Below, piece after piece: positions 1 through 10,862 of a DNA stretch of 50,340 nucleotides (the first letter of the stretch is position 1; each line of letters starts with the position of its first letter). Source of the DNA: Emiliania huxleyi CCMP1516. Its lineage: Eukaryota. A program made the translations under genes and the position numbers. The notes beneath the pieces were generated by a model. The model searched no databases and had not been told where the DNA came from. It was given only the letters and a program-made list of their open reading frames with translations. The stretch is from positions 244,679 to 295,018 of the forward strand of contig NW_005201231.1 in assembly GCF_000372725.1 (NCBI RefSeq). The letters are read 5' to 3'.

Positions 1-16
1 CACAGATGCACGCCAC

Positions 17-833
17 TCACAGCCCTCTCCGCATCATCTCGCCCTCCAAAATCTCGAGCAACCACGCACGGTCCGCCGCGGGTGGGATCTCGCAGCCAAG
101 CTTGCGCAGCTTGGCGATGAGATCTCGGACCCCAACCTTGGTATCGATCACGAGGCTGGGGTCCTGCAGCACGAGCAACCCAAACCTAGAAATACGCAGG
201 CTGTGAGTGTGCACCGAGCAGCACACCGGAATAAGCATTAGTCGGGCGTGAGTAGCGAAACGACAGGAGTGCGCATTCTCAGCATCTTTCCTCCCATACC
301 CAGCCGACGGGGAGAACCGCTCCGAGCACGAGAGGAGCAGCTCGTGCTTCTTTGTCCGCACAGCGAGGTTGCGCAGCCCGCCTGGCGCGCCCACCGCCTC
401 GGCGGCCGACATGGCCCGGAGCAGGAGCTGGCAGGCCCCCGGGACATGCCTCGCCGCCTCAGACGGCGAGAGCGTCGACTTGAGCACAGTGCCGTCGCCG
501 CGAAAAACCTACCAGGTAGGGCCGCCATCCAGCAAAGCTGCTCGGCGGCGGTGAAAGTGGTGCGATGGAGGAGAGGCGCATCTAGAGGCCTCTCACGACC
601 GTGCCAAGCACGCCGTGGACTGACTGCATCCGGTCGACGGTGGCCTCCATTGCCCGCTCCGATTCACCCGCCCTCTCCACGAGGTCGTTGTGATGCGCTG
701 CATGCCCATTCTCAGCGGGCCCCACAGCGCTGGTGTGCGCTGTCGCCGCGTCCTCGCCGTGGCTGGGTGCGCCCATCTCGTCTTGCTGTCCAGCCTCGTT
801 GTGGAAGCCATTCTCATACGCTTCGCTCGTCAT
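17..833 (-). CDS. Hypothetical protein, probably spliced (ORFs 582-833 and 17-487)
   Basis: Two same-strand ORFs with protein-like composition; no recognisable domain; exon structure not resolved. Confidence 0.3.
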
Positions 834-1035
834 TGAAATCGCCACCGGCGCAGGCAGCCACCGTCTGTTCGATTCGGGAGGCTGGTGGCGGGCTGGGCGC
901 GGGGGGGCCGTGGCGAACTCGAGCTCGGCGCGCTTTGGCCGCCCGACCGAACGCTTCGTTACAGTATACTCCACCCCACACACACACAAACAAAACAAAC
1001 ACACAGTGCGGGATACTCCTCTCCTCATAGGTTAG

Positions 1036-1297
1036 AACTAGGAGAGCGCAACCAGTAGGAGGCCCGCGCCTGCCCCCGTGCCGCCGGGTGCAACCTGTCC
1101 TATACGAGAGAGGAATCCCTGGGACCCTGTCGTGTGGGTGAACCCTGCCCAGCCCCCCTCCGTGTCGCGATGCGCTCCCCGCTCCCGTTCCCCTGTGTCC
1201 CTGATCGTCCTTACAAGATCCTGCTCGTGCAGGTGGGGACCCTGTCCTTCTCCCACCCCTCGTTTGGCGTGCCCGTTTTATTTATTTATTTATTTAT
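1036..1297 (+). mobile_element. 5'-truncated retroposon fragment with (TTTA)n tail
   Basis: Ends in a TTTA run (~1277-1297) and is flanked by the 11-bp direct repeat TCATAGGTTAG (1025-1035, 1298-1308). Confidence 0.7.
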
Positions 1298-1308
1298 TCA
1301 TAGGTTAG

Positions 1309-1390
1309 GTTAGGTAGAAAGGTGAAGAACAGCCAGGCTCGGACTGGACACCAACGCGGTATGGGTGGACGCTAGACAGATGATGACGAC
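1309..1390 (-). mobile_element. Short retroposon 3'-end fragment; second copy at 45362-45454
   Basis: AAGGTGAAGAACAGCCAGGCTCGGACTGGACACCAAYGCGGTATGGGTGGA...GACAGATGATGACG is near-identical at both sites, each next to a short-unit microsatellite. Confidence 0.6.
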
Positions 1391-1501
1391 ACGCACGAGC
1401 GACACACAGACACAAACAGGCCCGCACGAATTCTTTAAATCCATTTTGGCTTTCCGCCGGGCGCCTCAATTTCGGCCTGAACTCACTCTCTGCCGGCCCC
1501 G

Positions 1502-2568
1502 ATGCCGAAGCGCGCGGCTCCTGCCCTCGACAGACAGCTACCCTCGATGGTCGTGCACGGACGCTACTTACGGCAGCCCGACAAGGGCTCGTACGTGAGG
1601 CCGGCGGTCCCGAGCGGCGAAGCCGTGTCGGTGAGCGAGACTGGCTTCGACGCCGGCGGCCTTCTTGACTGGAGCGTCACTCGCGTCGCCGCCGGCAGGC
1701 TGAGCCGGCAGGACGTGAAGGACCGCGCGCTGCTGATGATCTCCGGCGAGACCATCGCACGGCTGAAGGCGGACGCCGCCAGCCTCCCGTTGCGACAGCC
1801 GCTCGAGCAGAGCAGTCTCCGAGGCGGCAACTTTGCGGAGAACATCTTTGTGAGCGCGGCGGCCGGCGCCGACTCGCCCTGTCCCGACTCGCTCTGCGTG
1901 GGCGACGTGCTCGCCGTCGTCGCGCCGCGCGGCAGCAAGCGCCGCTGCGCGTCGAGTGCCGCAGCCGAGTCGCCAACCCTGCGGCTGCAGGTGAGCTCGC
2001 CTCGCCGGCCGTGCTCCAAGATCGACGCGCGCTTCGGGCGCACGTGGAACGGCGGCGGGGTCCGAGCTTTGTGCGCGCGGACCGGTCTGTCGGGCTGGTT
2101 CGTGCGCGTGCTCGCTCCGGGAGAGCTGCGCGACGGCGACGGGCTTGGAGCCACGCGCCTGCCGTCGGCCTGCGGACGGCGTCTCTTCACGGTAGCAGTT
2201 TGCGTGAGCAGGCGACGAGCTGCGCGTCGTCGAACGGCCGCACCCGCAGTGGAGCCTCGGCCGCGTCTCTCGGCTGCTCTACGGCATGGAGGGCGCCTGC
2301 GACCCGCCAGGCGGCTACGCGCTGCCCACGACGCGCGAGCAGGCGAGCCGAGCAGCACATGGAGACAACGAGAGAGAAAGGTCCGCTAGCGGTCGCCCGG
2401 TCGTCCCGCGCGCGCGAGCAGGTGCTGAGCCGGTGGCAAGGGACACTCGGCGAGCTGCGAGAGCTCGCGGGCATGCCGGAGCTCGCTCGGTACGAATATC
2501 GTCGCGAGCTCGAGCGGCTGTCCGCCGCTGTCGACGAGGAGCCGCGGCGGTCGTGCGCTGTGATGTAA
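1502..2568 (+). CDS. MOSC-domain (YiiM-like) protein, ~303 aa; predicted GC-AG introns 2136-2211 and 2343-2421
   Basis: MOSC motifs NFAENIFV, LCVGDVL, LQVSSPRRPCSKI, TGLSGWFVRVLAPGELRDGDEL, ERPHPQWSL join in frame after removing the two introns. Confidence 0.85.
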
Positions 2569-3016
2569 TTGGGGCTGTGCTTTTCCGCGCCTCGAATCAG
2601 TGCATATTGGCCATTGGTGCCACTCGAGTCTCGACCACCTTAAACTTGTACTTAGTCCGTTAGAGTGCCTCCCCCCTCTTCTTGTCGCTCGCGGCCGCGG
2701 CGCGGCAGTGTTTAAAATTAAAACGTAGCTCGTAGGATTTGTTAAGCGTTTCGCAAAAATTAATTGGATTAAGAGCACACACGGGCCGATCACGGGGGTG
2801 CACGCGCCGAAAACGACCTCTGGCTCTATAATGGTTAATGCTGCGTGCTGTTCGCAGTGACTCTCGGAGACCCTCACACGCCGACGGAGAGGGCGGAGGG
2901 GTGGGCGAGAACCGCCGCCGCGCCGAACGTCTCGTTGTTTATAAAATGAACTCGGGGGCACGTCTCGTTGTTTTGCGATCAGTGACTCGAAAAACACACT
3001 CACACGCTGGAGACAA

Positions 3017-3036
3017 GGGTGGTGTTTAGAAACACC
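3017..3036 (-). promoter_or_regulatory. Histone mRNA 3' stem-loop
   Basis: Minus strand reads GGTGTT-TCTA-AACACC-ACCC about 20 nt after the H2B stop: 6-bp stem, 4-nt loop and ACCC flank, as in the canonical element. Confidence 0.8.
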
Positions 3037-3055
3037 GGGGGGGGTGGCGCGCCGC

Positions 3056-3415
3056 TTAGGCGTTCGACGTGTACTTGGTGACGGCCTTGGTGCCCTCCGA
3101 GACGGCGTGCTTGGCGAGCTCGCCGGGGAGGATGAGGCGGACGGCGGTCTGGATCTCGCGCGACGAGAGGGTGCCCTTCTTGTTGTAGCGCACGAGCTTG
3201 CCCGCCTCGACGGCGATGCGCTCGAACGCGTCGTTGATGAACGAGTTCATGATGGACATGGCCTTGGAGGAGATGCCCGTGTCGGGGTGCACCTGCTTGA
3301 GCACCTTGTAGATGTAGGACGAGTACGACTCGACCCGCTTCTTCTTGCGCTTCTTCTCGCCGCCCGAGGGCTTCTTGGCGGACTTCTTGGCGGGGGTCTT
3401 CTTGGCGGGCGGCAT
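3056..3415 (-). CDS. H2B: Histone H2B, intronless
   Basis: [40 protein letters not shown]...[30 protein letters not shown]. Confidence 0.99.
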   Translation of the reverse strand: MPPAKKTPAKKSAKKPSGGEKKRKKKRVESYSSYIYKVLKQVHPDTGISSKAMSIMNSFINDAFERIAVEAGKLVRYNKKGTLSSREIQTAVRLILPGELAKHAVSEGTKAVTKYTSNA

Positions 3416-3548
3416 GTTGTTTTGGAGTTGGTTGGGTGGGTCTCAATTTCGAGGGCAGGTTGCCTCGGGCTCGGCCTCACCCGCAGTTCCCGCGCCGCTG
3501 CAGAGTACTGATTGCGCCCGTCGCTGCCCGTCGCTGAGTGGCATCACG

Positions 3549-4779
3549 ATGTCAGAGAGCGAGGACGATTTCGCTACCGAGGAGGAGGAGGACGCCAGCG
3601 AGGACGACTTCCCTGCCGAGGAGGTGGAGGACGCTGGCGACGCGTTGCCGGAGGAGTTAGCAGAGCGCTTCCGGCAGATCCGAGAGGAACAGGAGCGGCA
3701 TCTAGCCCAAGAGGCTGCCGCGGCGCGGCAGCGAGAGCTCGAGGAGCAGCGGCAGCGACAGCTCAACGAGGGGCTCGAGGAGAGCAAGCGGCGACGGGTG
3801 CACTGCCAGCTTGGCAAGGTCAACGTGCCCGCGCTGCTTCGGCACGTCCGCACACGGCTGCCTCTCAAGGGCCCCTTCGATCTGGCGGCCGAGGGCCCGG
3901 CTGCTCTCCGGAGGCTGGTGTGCCATGCGCGCGAGATGATCATCCCTTGGGACGACGATTTTGATGCAATGATGGAGGCCTTGCGAGGAGCCTTGCGAGG
4001 AGTTTCGGTGGCTCCCGACTTTCGGCCAGCACGCCACGCCGCCCTCCTCGAAGCACATTGGGTGCGTTGGGCATCCGATGACAACAACACCCTCTACTGG
4101 CTTATGACCGGGGGCTCCACTGGCAGCACCGGCGCCGGTCCACCCAAGCAGCTCGCAGATCTCAAGGCATGGGTTGCGACAGTAAGGGCGTCTACGCCCT
4201 TAGCGCCAGCCGCCACTACGTGGGACAACTCTCGCCGCTTTCGCGCCTACGTCCAATGCGTCCAGCGCGCCGCCGCGAGATGGGACGGTAAGCCCCCCCC
4301 CCCCCCCCCCCCACCTCCGTCGCGGAAACGACACTCCCACGACATGCCTCCCGCCTCCAACGCCCCCAGGTGAGTACCTTCGTTTGCCAGAGCTGTACGT
4401 GGTGCAGCTGAGCACCGCCTTTGTCCACCTCAGCTTTCACGCGGCGCCGCTCACGGCCGGCTCCGAGGAGCGCAGCCGGCTCCGCATGCTCGCGGTGTCG
4501 CGGCGGCACGAGCTCGTCGAGCGCGGCTTCCTCAACCTTCCCGAGGCGGCAGAGTGGCTGCGCACGCTCACGCTGCTCGGCGCAAAGTTTGGACTCCACT
4601 CGCACCCGGGCGACTTCCCCTTCGTCGCCGCACTCATGGAGGCGTTTGTGGCCGCGGACCCCGTGCTGTGGCACCAGTACATCGACGACCCCCAACTGGG
4701 ACTGGGACTGCCGCGCCCACCTGCATCTCGGGGCACGGGTGGCAGCAGCGGCTCGGGGCACACCTCAAATGACGTGTGA
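3549..4779 (+). CDS. Uncharacterised protein, ~382 aa, acidic/coiled-coil N-terminus; predicted intron 4288-4369
   Basis: A GTAAG...CAG intron joins ORF 3549-4287 in frame to 4370-4779 (RWDG-EYLRLPELY). Divergent from H2B. Confidence 0.65.
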
Positions 4780-4949
4780 CTTCTGGGGTTTGGCGATGCC
4801 GCCTACTACCAGAGCAACTAGAGGCCGACGATTGGCGGTGGGGCTCCTCTCAGGGCTCCTCGGCACAAGGCGCGCCCCGGGGGCGATACTGACTTGGACT
4901 TGCGACACTGCATGCAATGTAAATGGCTCGTGAAGTCGCAGGTGGTTAA

Positions 4950-6280
4950 CCCCTAAACGGCTACCGAAACGGGGTGCCCGGAAGGGCGATATCACGGCGG
5001 CCTAACTGTGCCTCCGTGCGCTCGCCACATACCCCCTGCTGCCCGAGGGTCGTGTTAGTACTTTATTGGGCACATACAGAGGCGGTGGGAAGCCACCACG
5101 TTCCCTTCAAATTTTCCGCCACAGAGCTCCGGAGCGCGCTCTGCACGAGCTCCTGGGACGCGGTTTCGTCTTTCGATCCCAGACGGTCGTCGCACGTCGG
5201 CGCCCCTGAGGTCCGCTGTCATAGGTGTAGCACGCTACTAGATACACTGCCTCCAAGTTGAGCGGTGGAAAATTGTGACGAAGCCACGCACCGAAGCGCC
5301 GGCGTCCCTCTGGCAATCTGCCACCGACAGCAACACGCCTTTGATCACCGGCTGCTTGCGCTCCGCATACTCTCCAGAAGCTGTTGGTTGTGTGGCTGGT
5401 GCTACTTCTATCAGCCTTCCTCATGCACAATGTTGCCGTTGAGCTACGAGGCTTCACCCCGTCGTCATTTGAGTTTGCTGCCAGCCACACACAGCGCGTT
5501 CCTGCTGCACGAATGGTTGGACAGGTGTGAACAACACCTCGTGGGGGCGGCACCGCAGGCGTCCATTGAGGGGTCCAGGTGATAGCCCTGGGCGGGCAAT
5601 CCATACGCCTAGTTGGGCTTCAGATCGCCCGATCGCGTCCCGGTGAACTGACGTCGGATTTGTGACGCCGCCGCACCGCGCCGCGGCCGGGGGCCCTCTG
5701 GAGGCTGAGGATGGCCGTGGCGGACCTAGACGAGCTCTGGGAGGTAAAGTGTTAGTGTATATATTGTAGAGGCTGACCACGTGCACAATATCTCTCACTC
5801 TAGCTAAGCCAGGGGAGGCTATTCTGGGCGTCCACACGGCTTGCACCGGTGACCCTCGCGACAAAGCGAGCGCGTCCGGCAGAGCGACTGAAGAATCGAG
5901 GACAGAGTCACAAATCCCGCTTGTTGTGCATGTTTTGAGGTCGGACAGTGCTGCTGTCTTCTCCACGCAGCAGCCGACGCCACCAGGCCTCGGTAGCTGA
6001 GCAGCAGGAGCCTCCTCGCTGCTGGCAGAGTTGCGCCTCTGTTTGCCGCCGCTAAGAGATCGCTGTTGCGGGAATCCAGGGAATCTAAAGGAATCTAGAA
6101 TCTGTGGGTCCGAGATTCGATCTGGGACCTGAGCCGCTCGGGACCAGCTGCACATGACCGGGGCCACTGCCATGTCGCAGAGACGACTGCTGGATCGGCC
6201 GTCGCTACGACCAGCCGTCCTGCAAAGGAATAAAATAACACCCGGTTCCCGTCAGTACTGACGGGAACGCCGTTTAGGGG
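4950..6280. mobile_element. piggyBac-like non-autonomous DNA transposon
   Basis: TTAA (4946-4949) + CCCCTAAACGGC ... GCCGTTTAGGGG + TTAA (6281-6284): perfect 12-bp TIRs with TTAA duplication; no transposase recognised. Confidence 0.75.
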
Positions 6281-6337
6281 TTAAGCTACCAAAGGGGGAT
6301 AGCCCAGGCTGCTGGTAAAGCTGTCTTTTAGAGTAAA

Positions 6338-6603
6338 CGAAAAAGAAAACAGAAACGGGAAACCCCCAACAGAGGGAGAGGGGAGGGGATGGGAGGACGG
6401 CACGCCCGCCACGCAGGGAGTTTAAAAGAGAGGAGTGTGGGCTCGAGCAGCCGTAAAAAGAAAGAAGCGAGCCAGCCCAAGGGAGGGATGGGAGGACGGC
6501 ACGCCGCCACCACACAGGGATTTTAAGGAGAGGTGTGTGATGCGCTAGCCGTCGCCCACCCTAGGGAGTCTGCCTCTTCCTATCGAGCAGCCGTCGCCCT
6601 CTA
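6338..6603 (-). mobile_element. Nested pair of related retroposon 3' ends with (TTTC)n-type tails
   Basis: Inner copy 6455-6582 is flanked by the 12-bp TSD TCGAGCAGCCGT (6443-6454, 6583-6594) inside a more diverged copy; the core GGGATGGGAGGACGGCACGCC recurs at ~22870, ~36490 and ~37380. Confidence 0.7.
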
Positions 6604-6668
6604 GTAAAAGCGTGGCGAAATTCTTTATTTGTAAAATTCTTTATTTCCCGCCAACCAAACTCCCCTGC

Positions 6669-9600
6669 ATGCCGGCCTCGCAAGGCCCACTGGTCTTTGC
6701 TCCGCAGCGCGGCGTCCCAAATCCCTCGGCGGTGCGCGAGCTGAAATCCCTCTCGTCCACACATTACGCGCTGTGGCTGCACGGCGGACTTCCTCTCGCC
6801 GAGTACCTGACCCGCAACCGCCTCGCGTTGACGTCCCCACTCGAGCTTCCGGCCCTGCGGGTGTCTGTCACGCCGCTGCCCGCTGCAAGGCCCGCCCCTC
6901 GGGAGGGCCGAGGAATCGAGCTTGGGAGCCGCACGCCCGTCACGGGCGCGGCGCCTCGCTTCGAGGCGCGATCGACCGGCGGAGAGTGGGCGAATGTGCA
7001 GCCGCGCCAGTTGTCGCAGCAGCTCAGCTCTGTGCCTTCGGCCTCATCCCAGGACGCACCAACCACCTCCGCGCCGGCGTGGGGCCAGTCGCAGCAGCAC
7101 CAGTCGTTCCAGAGCTTTGCCCTCGCGCCGCTGCAGGAGCCGCCGCCGCCAGGACGCAGGGGCGAGAGTGAGGCGGGAGGAGGCGCCACCGCCGCTGCTT
7201 CGGCGGAGGCCACGCCGTGGCCGAGGACCCTTTTACCGACGGGCGAGCGAGCGTCCGCCCCGGCCGCTTCCGCCCCTGCTGCTTCCCTCCCGGCTGCGTC
7301 CGCATCTCTTGCCGCCGCCGCCTCGCCTGCCGCCGCCTCGCCGCGTCCGGGCGTGTACTACTTCAAGAAGCAGCGCCGCGCGAGCTTCGGCGAGGCGCAC
7401 CCGCAGGCTACCTGCCGCGCGCCCCCTCGCGACGCGTCCGTCCAGCATACGCGAGGCGTTGCAGGGACGGATTCACATCGATGGCTCGTAGGAGGGCCCG
7501 CGCGAACTCGTGCTGCGGATGGAGCTCGCATACGCAAGCCTCTCGCCGCTCCAGCGCCGCCCCTTCGAGGAGGCCGCGTCGGCCGCTGCGGCCGCCCCGA
7601 CCGCCTCGGCATTCACTTCTGGTGAGACGGACTCGGACTGCCACGCCGCCGCCGCTGCCGCTGCTGCATCTGCTGCCGCTGCACCTGCTGCTGCCGCGGC
7701 TGCTGCAACCGCTGCTGCCGCCGCTGCCGCCGCTGCTGCCGCCGCTGCCTTTGCACCCGCTGGTGATGCCGCCGCGACTACCTCCGCCGAGGCTGGCCGC
7801 GTGGCCGCGCGGGGCTTCATTGATTGCTCATTGATCAGTTAGTTGATGGTCAATTGATAGGCTGGCCGCGCCTCTGCTCGATCGCAGCAGCAACCGTCGC
7901 AGCAGCAACCGTCGCAGCAGCGAACGTCGCAGCAGCAACGGTCGCAGCCGCCGCCGCAGCCGCCGCCGCAGCCGCCCTCGTCTCAGTCCTCTCTTTGCGG
8001 CTGGATGGGCCTGCCGAGCGAGCCTTCGCAAGGGACGGCGGCGGGCGTGCGGCCGCCGCCGGCCAGCGCGAGCCAAGGCGGCGCTCGCTCGGCAGCGGCG
8101 ACTCCGCGGCGCGAGTGGGGTGGCAGCAAGGTGACCAAGCGGCGGCTGGAGGAGGAGGGGGCGCTCCTCGCGCGGGGCTTGCTGGCCTAGAAGCGGAACA
8201 CGGGCTCTCGTACTCCAACCAGCGCTCGAGAGGACACGTACTCAACTGTACTCGGCCGAATTCCGCCGTACTCATATTGTATCTGTGTCGCCCGTATTCA
8301 CGCAGCACTCTGAAGACACTGCACAAGGCCGTCCTCCCGAGGCTGGCGTACTCAGCACGTAGGTCTGCGGGCGATGGAGGCGCTCATACAGCCGGCAACT
8401 TCCACGCAGCTCGACTGTCTCAAGGCGGCGGACGGCGCCGTCCTCGTCTGGCTGTACGAGGACGGCTCGACCTCGGCCAGGCCGAGCCTGCGCCAGAACG
8501 ACTCGCAGCAGCAGGCGGCCGCGGTCATCGGCGCGTCGCTCCTCGTCCAGAGCCGAGCCGCCGCCGGCGGAGGAGGCGGGGTATGCCATGTTGCCTCGGC
8601 CGGTTGCGAGCCGTGTCTCTCCACGAGGGGCATTGTGAGGACAGGCGGGGGACAGGCGTTCCTGCACCTCGACTTGCGCGGCGCAGAAGGCGCGGGCGGG
8701 AGAGGCGCACTCCGCCGCCTCCTCCTGCGCAAGAAGGGAGTCGACGGAGGCGGCGGAGGCGGCGGAGGCGGCGGAGGCGGGGGGCATGGCGGCGGAGGCG
8801 GGGGGCATGGCGGCGGAGGCGGGGGGCATGGCGGCGGAGGCGGGGGGCATGGCGGCGGAGGCGGAGGCGGGGCGGTGTCGCTGGTCTGCCCCAATGCACA
8901 GGTGGTGCTGCTCCCCATATCTCCCCATATCTCCCCATATCTCCCCATATCTCGAGCCCCAATGTACAGGTGGTGCTGCGCTCCGCCCTCTTCACTCTCG
9001 ATGGAGTGAGTTCGGCGCTCGAGATCGAGACGGGCCTGTGGGTCGTCTTGCGGGCGGCTCGCGCGGCTCGAGGCTGTGAACGGCGCCTCTTCACACTCTC
9101 CAGCCGTGAGTAGGTCGACCCGGTGCTGATGGCGTGGCTCGAGGCTGTGAACGGCGCCTCTTCACACTCTCCAGCCGTGAGTAGGTCGACCCGGTGCTGA
9201 TGGCGTGGCTCGAGGCTGTGAACGGCGCCTCTTCACACTCTCCAGCCGTGAGTAGGTCGACCCGGTGCTGATGGCGTGGCTCGAGGCTGTGAACGGCGCC
9301 TCTTCACACTCTCCAGCCGTGAGCAGGTCGACCCGGTGCTGATGGCGTGGCTCGAGGCTGTGAACGGCGCCTCTTCACACTCTCCAGCCGTGAGCAGGTC
9401 GACCCGGTGCTGATGGCGTGGCTCGCCGAGCCCGACTCCACCGAGGCGGAGCTGGCGCTGCCCGCGCTCTACAGCCGCTACATGGTCGGCGCTGGCGCGG
9501 GGGGGGCGGCGGCGGCGGGCCACGCAGCCCTCGGTGCGGAGCCTGGTGGCGCCGAGCAGCTCGAGGCCGACTTGCGCGCGTGCTGGGCCCTGTGCGGGCA

Positions 9601-10830
9601 GCTGTGCGGCGTGCTCAAGGCGTCTCATGGGCCGGCGGGCGTGGCTGTGATGCAGCGCGAGCTCACCGTGGCGCAGGTGCTCACCGACATGGAGCTGCAC
9701 GGACTTCCCCTCCACCTCCCGACCCTGCGCCGCCCGCTCGGCGAGGTCCAGCGGCGGTGCGAGGCGCTGTCGCGCGAGGCAGAGGCGCTGCTTGGAGGAC
9801 CGCTCAACCTCGGCTCGCCGCAGCAGGTCTCCGAGGCGCTCTACGCCCGGCTCACTCTCTGCTGACTAGTTGGCTCGTGCCCATAGGCTCGCCGCAGCAG
9901 GTCTCCGAGGCGCTCTACGCCCGGCTCACTCTCTGCTGACTAGTTGGCTCGTGCCCATAGGCTCGCCGCAGCAGGTCTCCGAGGCGCTCTACGCCCGGCT
10001 CACTCTCTGCTGACTAGTTGGCTCGTGCCCATAGGCTCGCCGCAGCAGGTCTCCGAGGCGCTCTACGCCCGGCTCACTCTCTGCTGACTAGTTGGTTCGT
10101 GCCCATAGGCTCGCCGCAACAGGTCTCCGAGGCGCTCTACGCCCGGCTGCGCCTGCCGCCGCCGCCCGTTCCGGCGGGGGCGGCGGCGAGGTCCGGGCAC
10201 GGCTCCACCAATGAGGCCCACCTCGCCAGGCTCGAGATATGGGGAGATATGGGGAGATAGGGGGAGATGTGGCACGGCTCCACCAATGAGGCCACCCTCG
10301 CCAGGCTCGAGATATGGGGAGATAGGGGGAGATAGGGGGAGATGTGGCACGGCTCCACCAATGAGGCCCACCTCGCCAGGCTCGAGATATGGGGAGATAG
10401 GGGGAGATAGGGGGAGATGTGGCACGGCTCCACCAATGAGGCCCACCTCGCCAGGCTCGAGATATGGGGAGATAGGGGGAGATAGGGGGAGATGTGGCAC
10501 GGCTCCACCAATGAGGCCCCTCGCCAGGCTGGCCGCCTCGCGGCCTGACTGCGCGCTGCCCGCCATCGTGCTCGAGTACCGCCACCTCCGCAAGGCGGCC
10601 GCACTGAGCTAGCTAGTGTACACCCATGCATCACCCGACTGATGAAGTGACGAATCGCAAGGCGACCGACGCCTTCCTCGAGCCCCTCCTCGCCAAGGCG
10701 GTCTCCCCACACACATCTCCTCATATCTCCCCATATCTCCCCATATCTCGAGCTTCTCCTCGCCAAGGCGGTGCCCGACTGCCGTCCAGCCGGCGCCGGC
10801 GCCGGCGAGGGCGGGGGCGACGGCGAGGGC

Positions 10831-10862
<32 letters not shown>

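Noticed and set aside
9067..10527. Regularly spaced repeats resembling CRISPR arrays
   Set aside because: The units are whole tandem copies without unique spacers, include polymerase exon sequence, and no cas genes are present.
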